Shown: in pieces, positions 56,865-64,000 of the stretch | Layout of the letters: every line of letters starts with the position of its first letter | How positions within the stretch are numbered: position 1 is the first letter of the stretch | Assembly: GCA_037445735.1 (NCBI GenBank) | Contig: JBBIJY010000003.1 | Location: forward strand, 64,001 to 128,000 | DNA: 64,000 nucleotides | Source: Armatimonadota bacterium | GTDB lineage: Bacteria > Armatimonadota > Fimbriimonadia > Fimbriimonadales > GBS-DC | Direction of reading: 5' to 3' | Notes under the pieces: generated by a model | Told to the model about the DNA's origin: nothing | The model's database searches: none | The model's input: the letters and a program-made list of their open reading frames with translations, nothing else | Program-made: the position numbers and the translations under genes

Positions 56865-57506
56865 ATGCACCACCCATCCGAGTGCCACAACTGGACCGAA
56901 GCCGAATGGCTTCAGCAGCTGCAGCGGCGCGCCGCCCGACTCACCCGCTGCGCCGACGACGCTGCCGACCTCGCGCAGGACTGCCTCTGCGCCTTTGTGA
57001 ACCACTTTGGCTGCTACCCGTGGGAGTGTGCCGACCCGCTCCACGCCTGGCGCTGGTGTTGCCTGAAGCTGCGGGCGCTTGCCTGCGACGCGCACCGCCA
57101 CACCCAGCGCCATCCGTCGCTGTCGCTGGAGGAAGCGCCTGAAAGCCTTGTGTGCGTGGAGATGGCTGAACAGGTGCAGGGGGATGTGGACGGCGAGGCG
57201 TTTGTGGCGCAGTTGCCGCCGCGGTTGCGGGCGGTGGTGCAGTTGCGCTTGCAGGGCTTTTCGTGGGAAGAAATTGCGCGTCAGCTGAGGGTGAAAGCCA
57301 GCACTGTGCGCGGGTATCTGCCTGAGTTGCGAGCGCGTTTTGTGGCGTTTTTCGGGTATGACCCATCGAAACGGACTTTTGAATCGTTAATAGAGGTAGA
57401 GGGGACAGACAGCCCCTCGGTGGAAGTAGGAGGCGAAGGCGATGAAAGTGATGGGAGTGATAAGCAAGGGTTTAGTGGCGACACAGGAAGCACGGGGGGG
57501 GGGTAA
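56865..57506 (+). CDS. Divergent ECF sigma factor with acidic C-terminal extension
   Basis: RRAARLTRCADDAADLAQD (region 2), LPPRLRAVVQLRLQGFSWEEIARQL...STVR (region 4). Confidence 0.75.
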   Translation: MHHPSECHNWTEAEWLQQLQRRAARLTRCADDAADLAQDCLCAFVNHFGCYPWECADPLHAWRWCCLKLRALACDAHRHTQRHPSLSLEEAPESLVCVEMAEQVQGDVDGEAFVAQLPPRLRAVVQLRLQGFSWEEIARQLRVKASTVRGYLPELRARFVAFFGYDPSKRTFESLIEVEGTDSPSVEVGGEGDESDGSDKQGFSGDTGSTGGG

Positions 57507-59508
57507 ATCCCCTGCGGTTAGAAGTCGAGTATGCTGCTGGCTGTGGAAGGTGATCCGGGTGGCTTGCATTATCGGAGCCTGTCTGGCTTGCGGGATTGGT
57601 GGCTGGGCACAAAGTCGTTTGCAAGGCGTTCGGTGCGACACAAAAGCTACACTGCAGGTGATGGGAGAGCGGACTCCCGATTGCGGTTTTCTGTTGGGTT
57701 GTCCCTACGAACATCATTACTGTAGTTCTTTTTGGGATCTCTGCAGGGGTCAAAGGAGCCGAACTGTCATACTTAATGCCAGCTATCTAACTTTAGGAGG
57801 TGGCTTAAGTGGTGGAGGCGATGATAGTTGGAGTGGAGGAGCTGCTTTGAATGCGAATTTCACTTTTTCGTTCACCTCGCCTTATCCTAACCTGCGTATA
57901 GAGGGCTATACCTATACACCCAAGCGAGCTTTGGGTTTTTTGTACTTTGTAGAGAGAGTTCATGCGGCATCATTTGCCGCTGCAAGTGCGAGATGCGGGC
58001 CAGACATTAACCAAGAAGATGGGTGCTGTGGTTCAAGCTCGGCATCGGCAAGGGTGGTATCAGCGTCCATCCAGACATCTTTGGCTTCCGCTTCCGTTTC
58101 GTCCGGTGCGAGTGCTTCGTGTAGCTGCAATTCCGAGTGCATGGATTGTACACAAGGGGGTGGGGGTGAAAGCAGATGTGATCCATCTGACTGTAGGGGT
58201 AGGCGAGGCTACAGGGCGAATCGGGTGCATTTTGGTCGGAGCGAGTGGGTTAGTTATGAGGAAGCGATGACAGGTAGCATTTCGGTAGACGGTTCTTCAG
58301 TGGAGTGCGGAGGTGCGGGGTCAGGTGCTTTTGTTTCAGCGTATAGTGGTTTAGTTATCCAAGTTTGGCCTGACCCGCTGGGCGTGCCTGCGATAGGGGA
58401 TAACGAGTATGCATGGACAGAAACTGTCCCTGCAGAACTGCGGATAGGTGCAGCGGCGATGGTTCACACCTGGGGATGGGCTAATCCTGACACGGCGTGG
58501 TTGGCGAGCGAGGTATCGTTTCGGACGGAGCCAGAGATACCGACGGACTACACCAAGCCGGGTATCCTGACGGTGGCGCGGGGTTCGTTGCTGGTGGCGC
58601 AGAGTGAGGTGGACGGGAATATGGAGGATGGCTTCTTAGTCTATAAGTCCGACAGGCTGCCGCCGAGGAATTCGGACTTTGGGAAGAAGCGAGTTCTGTT
58701 TGCGAGCAAGCAGGGGGAGGTGGATTACGCCGAGGCGGAGGTGTTCTATCCTACCGATGGAACAAACCATCCACAAGGTGGTCCGGTTAGCAAAAAGCCA
58801 GTAATAAGAGAGTGCAGTAGTGAGCTTTGTAGGCGTGAAGTGATGCCTGGTGTGTTCGCAAATATGTGTTTCGATGTTATTCCGTCATCAGAATTGTCAC
58901 CAAATTGGTTATATTATTATATACAAGCTTATTCAGTTAGTGAATTAAGATGGGGAGGTTCACAACTTGGCGATCATCTGTATGGAATAACATGTCCATT
59001 CAGTCAAGATATAATTCTCTTTGATTCAGCCTCTCCGAAACGCGGCTACTTGGACTTTCCACTCTTCGTTCTGCAGAATCGATCGGATAGTCAAGGTCGC
59101 ACGCGACCACTAATTACATACTCAGGGGACAGACTCGAGATGGTAAAAGGGATTCATAAGTTTATTGCTATTGTCGAACATGAGCGTACTCATCTTGATC
59201 TAGGGCGGTCAGGAGTAGACCAATTTTGTTGCTCAGACCCCACCAATGATGGAGATCGTGATGGCTTATCCGATAGCTGGGAGGAACAGCATGGACTCGA
59301 TCCCGGTACTCCTATCACAGCTCCACCGTTTCATGATAGTGAAGTACTGGCTTTCATTCGTCAGTATGGTAGGCTTTTACAAAATAAGGAGAAATGGAAG
59401 GACGATTGGGCACTTGATGGCTTGCAGATTGGCATACCTGAGCAGCCCTTTCCTTGGAAGTACTCGACCGCTAATCCGCGTGCGAATTATCTGACCGACA
59501 TACCATAA
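57442..59508 (+). CDS. Cys-rich exported protein with C-terminal HExxH and Ca-binding DxDxDG motifs
   Basis: AGGAGG RBS, hydrophobic N-terminal segment, many Cys, VEHERTH, DGDRDGLSDSWE. Confidence 0.65.
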   Translation: MKVMGVISKGLVATQEARGGGKSPAVRSRVCCWLWKVIRVACIIGACLACGIGGWAQSRLQGVRCDTKATLQVMGERTPDCGFLLGCPYEHHYCSSFWDLCRGQRSRTVILNASYLTLGGGLSGGGDDSWSGGAALNANFTFSFTSPYPNLRIEGYTYTPKRALGFLYFVERVHAASFAAASARCGPDINQEDGCCGSSSASARVVSASIQTSLASASVSSGASASCSCNSECMDCTQGGGGESRCDPSDCRGRRGYRANRVHFGRSEWVSYEEAMTGSISVDGSSVECGGAGSGAFVSAYSGLVIQVWPDPLGVPAIGDNEYAWTETVPAELRIGAAAMVHTWGWANPDTAWLASEVSFRTEPEIPTDYTKPGILTVARGSLLVAQSEVDGNMEDGFLVYKSDRLPPRNSDFGKKRVLFASKQGEVDYAEAEVFYPTDGTNHPQGGPVSKKPVIRECSSELCRREVMPGVFANMCFDVIPSSELSPNWLYYYIQAYSVSELRWGGSQLGDHLYGITCPFSQDIILFDSASPKRGYLDFPLFVLQNRSDSQGRTRPLITYSGDRLEMVKGIHKFIAIVEHERTHLDLGRSGVDQFCCSDPTNDGDRDGLSDSWEEQHGLDPGTPITAPPFHDSEVLAFIRQYGRLLQNKEKWKDDWALDGLQIGIPEQPFPWKYSTANPRANYLTDIP

Positions 59509-59526
59509 AAATAGGAGGAGAAAGCA

Positions 59527-60555
59527 ATGCGACTGATGGTGGTTAGCGTCACGATAATGGGTAGCCTGATCGTTGGCGGATTGCTCTGTGGAGCTGTCGG
59601 CGGAAGCAGCCTGTGGTATAGCGATAAAGTAGCCCAAGAGCGGGAATTCTATTCCCTCATAGCCCGCGTGCGTACTATTGGTTTGGAGCGCGACAAAAAG
59701 CACGCAGCGTGGCTAATGGAACTATTGAAGCACCCTCCCAATTTCACTTTCAAGTATCCTATTGGCACAGTCCCCGATGGTGGGCAGTTAGGTACTCCAG
59801 TCTGGCATCTTAAACTCGCTATTCTCGTCGCTCTTGGGCGACTCGGTGACTCACAGGTGGTGTCGGAGCTGGAAGCACAGCGATATGCCCTACGGCAAGT
59901 GGGGCTTGAAGGTCAGCTGGATGTCACCATCGCCCGTATCCAGGCAGAGGCTTCAATTCCACATCCACGCTCCCTGTCTGAGTGCCAGCAAAAAATTAAC
60001 CTTTTCTTGCAAGGCATAGGGTACAACTATGACACATGGCAAAGCAAACTGCGCACACAGTCTCCTGAACTTAAGGCGATATTGGCAATGCGCCAAGCCG
60101 TAGAAATGGCTTGCAATGCGTATACGGATGGTATTCTGGAAGCATTACTAGCGATTAATCATCTGCCACTCCAGCGTGATTATCCTTCAGCTCTGCGAGT
60201 GCGTTTATGCCAGCTAACACCTGAAGCGCGTTCAGCATGGTTGTTCGAGGCGCTCAAGCTGCGCCCAATCTTCAACACAGAGGCATTCTATGAGATTCAG
60301 GCGTTTGCAGATTGCGGTGCGGTATCGTGGAACTATCTGCTAAAACAGCTGCACTTGCGGTTAGCCGATCCTACATGGAAACCTGTTCAGGAATACCGAC
60401 TCTGGCATTATATTCTACTGAGTTTCACGGACTCCCAGATAGCAGGTGTGCTGGTTCAGATGGGAAGACATCCCAGCCAAGAGGTTCAACAACTCGCTGG
60501 GGACATAAAGCGGCGTTTTGGTGGTTCGCCGATGGTATTTGCTTCTGACTGGTAG
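59527..60555 (+). CDS. Exported helical (HEAT-like) protein, candidate immunity protein
   Basis: AGGAGGAG RBS, signal/TM segment, LAILVALGRLGD. AT-richer DNA. Confidence 0.55.
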   Translation: MRLMVVSVTIMGSLIVGGLLCGAVGGSSLWYSDKVAQEREFYSLIARVRTIGLERDKKHAAWLMELLKHPPNFTFKYPIGTVPDGGQLGTPVWHLKLAILVALGRLGDSQVVSELEAQRYALRQVGLEGQLDVTIARIQAEASIPHPRSLSECQQKINLFLQGIGYNYDTWQSKLRTQSPELKAILAMRQAVEMACNAYTDGILEALLAINHLPLQRDYPSALRVRLCQLTPEARSAWLFEALKLRPIFNTEAFYEIQAFADCGAVSWNYLLKQLHLRLADPTWKPVQEYRLWHYILLSFTDSQIAGVLVQMGRHPSQEVQQLAGDIKRRFGGSPMVFASDW

Positions 60556-60635
60556 CCCAGGAATGTGCCTGGTGTGCTTCTGATCACGGTTGGGTTTGGT
60601 TGTCTGCTCTTACTCCTGAATGATTTCGGGCTTGA

Positions 60636-62294
60636 GGAACAGGGCGGCGGGACTACACCTACGATGCGTGGGGTCGGGTGCTGCGCCAGCAGGGATGCTG
60701 CGGGAGCGAGTCTGGCATAGAGGTGCAGGTGGTGTCGGCGGAGTACGACGCGGCGGGCAGGAAGCGGTTTGAGAAGGAGCGTCGGTCGGACGAGAGTGTC
60801 GTGCGCACGATTGAGTACACCTATGATGCGCTGGGACGGCTGCAAAGCGTGGGCGATTATCGGGGCAGTGTGGTGTACAGTTATGAGCGGGGCACGGGGC
60901 GGCTGCAGCGAGAGGATTACCCGAACGGGAGTTTTGTGGCGTATACTTACTATGGCGCGGACAATCCGTCGCAGGTGGGGCATGTGTGGAAGGTGGAACA
61001 CAAGCGGGGGGATGGGAGTTTGTTGATCGGGTACGAGTACACTTATGACCTGCTGGGTCGGGTGGAGCAGAGCGTGGAGCGTCCGAGTGGGGACACGACG
61101 GTTTACAGCTACACGCCTGCGGGTCGGTTAGGGAGCGAGGTGCGCACGGGTCAGGTGGCGTACAGGCGGGTGTATCAGTACAACCTGGATGGCAGTCGGC
61201 AGTGGGTGGAGCGGGAGGATGTAGTGAACGGGACGCACTGGGATGTCTACAGTTATGACGCGGTGTCGGGTCGTCTGGCGAGCGTGCTGGATGTGTGGAG
61301 TGGCGAGGAGAATAATTTTGTGTGGAACCCGGAGGGCACGCTGGCGCGGTGGAGCACTAATCAGCCGAACAGTTATGCACGGGTGTTTGGGTATGATGAG
61401 GAAGGGCGTCTAACGCGGATAGAGCGGGATTATGGGAACGGCAACCTGCAGGTGGCATATGAGTATGGGTACAATAGTGATGGTGTTCGGGTGTGGAAGC
61501 GGGATGGTCTGGCTCGGCAGGAGTATCGGTATGTATGTCGGATAGGCTGTGGGGGCGTGCCGATGCGGGTGTATAGTCGGGCGATGGAATCGACCGCCAC
61601 ATGGCAAAGTCGGGAGGATTATTTGGAGACGCCGACCGTGATAGGGTATCAAAACAGTATGGGCAGCTTTGGGCACTATGTATGGGTAGCGGGACACTGG
61701 CTGGCGGACTGGGGTGCTGGGGGTGGCTGGGCGTCTTATCAGGATCAGTTTGGCGTGGCGGTAGGTGATTTGTATTTTCCTGCTGCTGTCAAGCCTGCGC
61801 CCGAGTATTTAGGGCAGGATGAGGGGGTGTCAAATGACCCATGTATGGAAGGATATATTCCTGTGTACGCCCTCTTTTTGCAGCAAAAACAAAAGCCTCA
61901 GCCAAAGCCCAAGCCTCCTACAACGCCATTCCGCGAGTGTTTGGAGGCGTGCGCAAAGCTAAGAAACGATCTTGAGAACCAATGCAGGAAAGATCATGCA
62001 GATTGTGTGAAAAAATGTGAAGGCGATCCTAAGTGCCTGCGCAAGTGCGATTTGGCTCTCAGAGGCTGTTTGCAGAATGCAAGTGGGATCGCTGCAGGGT
62101 GTGCCTCTCTGTGTTCCAATCAACATCTTGGTGAGCCAATAAAAATCCCTGTCCCTATAATAGGGGAAATTCCAGTACCAACCGGACCATATAACGACTG
62201 GTGCAGGAGCCAGCCCGAGGATCCACGCAAAAAATATCCAGGCTTGCCAACACCGGGAGGTGGATGGCCGGATTACGATAAAAAGAAACGATGA
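60636..62294 (+). CDS. 5'-truncated Rhs/YD-repeat protein with Cys-rich C-terminal domain
   Basis: YTYDAWGR, YDAAGR, YTYDALGRL, YTYDLLGRV, YDEEGRL, YNSDGVRV. The frame opens after TGA at 60633 in mid-repeat, with no RBS. Confidence 0.8.
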   Translation, partial: GTGRRDYTYDAWGRVLRQQGCCGSESGIEVQVVSAEYDAAGRKRFEKERRSDESVVRTIEYTYDALGRLQSVGDYRGSVVYSYERGTGRLQREDYPNGSFVAYTYYGADNPSQVGHVWKVEHKRGDGSLLIGYEYTYDLLGRVEQSVERPSGDTTVYSYTPAGRLGSEVRTGQVAYRRVYQYNLDGSRQWVEREDVVNGTHWDVYSYDAVSGRLASVLDVWSGEENNFVWNPEGTLARWSTNQPNSYARVFGYDEEGRLTRIERDYGNGNLQVAYEYGYNSDGVRVWKRDGLARQEYRYVCRIGCGGVPMRVYSRAMESTATWQSREDYLETPTVIGYQNSMGSFGHYVWVAGHWLADWGAGGGWASYQDQFGVAVGDLYFPAAVKPAPEYLGQDEGVSNDPCMEGYIPVYALFLQQKQKPQPKPKPPTTPFRECLEACAKLRNDLENQCRKDHADCVKKCEGDPKCLRKCDLALRGCLQNASGIAAGCASLCSNQHLGEPIKIPVPIIGEIPVPTGPYNDWCRSQPEDPRKKYPGLPTPGGGWPDYDKKKR

Positions 62295-62303
62295 TTAGGA
62301 GGC

Positions 62304-62993
62304 ATGGCCATGAGAATGCAGAGCCTGTTTCTACTTGTGATGTGTGTTTATGGTGCGATTATAGCGGGGCAAGAGCCAGTCACCGATCGAACGGTTCTTG
62401 AGACGACATCAGCTCGGGTGAAGATTCCGCCTGATTCGAAGAAAGAAGGTGAGAATAGAAGAAAATTGTCTGAACCTACCTTGCATGCCTTTGTGGAAGG
62501 GAAAGTGTATCCTGTCCCCGAGGCAGATAGGGCACAGGCAGAGGTAGGAAAGAAAACGCCAGCGAGGGTAGTTCTATCAGAGTATATTGTTCCTAAGGAA
62601 GTCTCGCCATCAGTTGTAGCAGATCATCTTGCTAATTCTCTCACGCTCGCCGTAATTTTCGCCGATTCGCTTTCGTTTGGGCTTGCTGGCGAAAAACTTC
62701 CCCAGTATCAGATCACACCTTTACCAACAGGGGCATCAGGTACGGCTCAATATCAGGTTGTTAGGGTTGTCTCGTCTTCACCGCATCAAGAACAAGTGGT
62801 TGGGTGGGTAGCTCTGTATTGGCGTTCAGAGCGGGTAGTTGGTCTGTACTTGTTGCTTCCCAGGTCTAAGGAGGTGGACGCGAGACAGTGGGAGAAAGAA
62901 TGGAGCAAAATTTTTTCGTCTTTTGAATGGAAGAATGGAGAAACCGAAAGGTTAGGTATAATTCCGACCTGTTGGGAACGCGCTGGGGTATAA
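62304..62993 (+). CDS. Signal-peptide protein, candidate immunity protein
   Basis: AGGAGG RBS, immediately follows the Rhs C-terminus. Confidence 0.55.
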   Translation: MAMRMQSLFLLVMCVYGAIIAGQEPVTDRTVLETTSARVKIPPDSKKEGENRRKLSEPTLHAFVEGKVYPVPEADRAQAEVGKKTPARVVLSEYIVPKEVSPSVVADHLANSLTLAVIFADSLSFGLAGEKLPQYQITPLPTGASGTAQYQVVRVVSSSPHQEQVVGWVALYWRSERVVGLYLLLPRSKEVDARQWEKEWSKIFSSFEWKNGETERLGIIPTCWERAGV

Positions 62994-63027
62994 TGCGAAC
63001 TGGCGGTTTGCGCACAGTGGGGGTACT

Positions 63028-63495
63028 TTGCTGATGATGGGTCAATCGGGCGAGCCGTGGGGTTATTATCCGCAGGACAGCAACGGTCTGGCGGTGCAGA
63101 GTGAGGTGCCGGCGGCGTGTGTTTGTGTGGTGTATTGGCAGAGCCTGTGTGCGCCGATTGCGGATGGAGGGTGTGCAGTAGATGATTGTGCCGTATCATT
63201 GATGGTGTACGACTTGCCCCTTTGCTCTGGTCAGAAGAAACCGAAAAAGCCATGCCCTTGTAATTCAAAGGAACAAAAAGGATGCGAGCGGTTCTGCAAG
63301 TCCCTTGGGGGTGCTCCATCAGGCTGTATCCATGATGGCAATCAACTCATATGCTCCTGCGTTTTTCCTCCTGATAAGCCTTGCAACCCGGCTCAAAAGA
63401 AACAGTGCGAGAAACTTTGTCAATCGCAAGGTGGAATTATGGCGAGCTGTTTCGTCGATAATGGGAAAAAGATAGTTTGTGACTGTATATACTGA
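63028..63495 (+). CDS. Orphan Rhs C-terminal cassette with two defensin-like Cys repeats
   Basis: YYPQDSNGLAV...PAA echoes SYQDQFGVAV...PAA of the upstream Rhs. Two C-x7-CxxxC-x9-C-x8/9-CxC units. Confidence 0.6.
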   Translation: MLMMGQSGEPWGYYPQDSNGLAVQSEVPAACVCVVYWQSLCAPIADGGCAVDDCAVSLMVYDLPLCSGQKKPKKPCPCNSKEQKGCERFCKSLGGAPSGCIHDGNQLICSCVFPPDKPCNPAQKKQCEKLCQSQGGIMASCFVDNGKKIVCDCIY

Positions 63496-63505
63496 GGATT
63501 ACGAT

Positions 63506-63862
63506 ATGAGAAGGTATAGAGGCTTGTTGGGGGTTGTTTCTCTGTTGATACTGCTTGCCTTTTGTTCATGGTGGTGGATGAAACTGCCTGTGAGCAAGAG
63601 GCATGCTCCTGTGTTTCAGCTACTGCCTGTTTCCATTCCGATAGGGCATTCGAATTGGCTTACTATCAGCGACGGCGGGGTGTATGTTGTAAGGGAGACC
63701 GTTGTTGGGCAAACCTTCTGCTGGGCGGTTGAGAAGAAGCCAAGTGCCCACACCAAAGGTAGGGATACCTCTGTACACAGTGTACATCCTAATTCCCGTT
63801 CGAGACCAATTCAATTAGGGATACAGAAACGGTATGAGCTGCGTGAGGTCATCTCATGGTAA
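63506..63862 (+). CDS. Small membrane-anchored protein, candidate immunity protein
   Basis: GAGGA RBS, MRRYRGLLGVVSLLILLAF TM segment. Confidence 0.5.
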   Translation: MRRYRGLLGVVSLLILLAFCSWWWMKLPVSKRHAPVFQLLPVSIPIGHSNWLTISDGGVYVVRETVVGQTFCWAVEKKPSAHTKGRDTSVHSVHPNSRSRPIQLGIQKRYELREVISW

Positions 63863-64000
63863 CAAAATGTCGCCCTCAGGTTTAGAGGAGCAACCCGAGC
63901 AGATATAGGGTGTTTTGGCTCTATCTATTGCGAAGAGCGGCTGCGGAGGAGATATAATGCATGCGGAGGGCATGCTATGCAAGGCAAGCAAGGAAACCGA

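Overview
GC-rich chromosome segment from a diderm bacterium, most likely Armatimonadota (inferred from lipid A genes together with a UBact-proteasome operon and dockerin-like-tailed secreted proteins). Most of it is housekeeping: lpxB-lpxA-fabZ-lpxC, pcrA, sigE/anti-sigma/degP, yacL-ispDF-hpf, yceD-rpmF-plsX-MBL-rpmA, murJ, sbcD, ruvA, ccmEF, dop-ubact-prcB-prcA-pafA, purC, cdaA-cdaR, RNase P RNA and mqnD. The best candidates for something undescribed are: (1) an AT-richer three-gene cassette at 23.2-25.5 kb encoding an SPPY DNA methyltransferase, a LAGLIDADG-fold protein lacking the catalytic acids, and a small stand-alone PD-(D/E)xK nuclease, possibly a split restriction system that reads DNA with a homing-endonuclease fold; (2) an Rhs-type polymorphic locus at 56.9-64 kb whose variable C-termini are disulfide-rich, including a tandem pair of CS-alpha-beta (defensin-like) cysteine frameworks; (3) a REP-like palindrome family that sits in frame inside ispDF, cdaA and a histidine kinase. 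No tRNA, rRNA or CRISPR array was seen. All family assignments are by motif recognition, with no database search.
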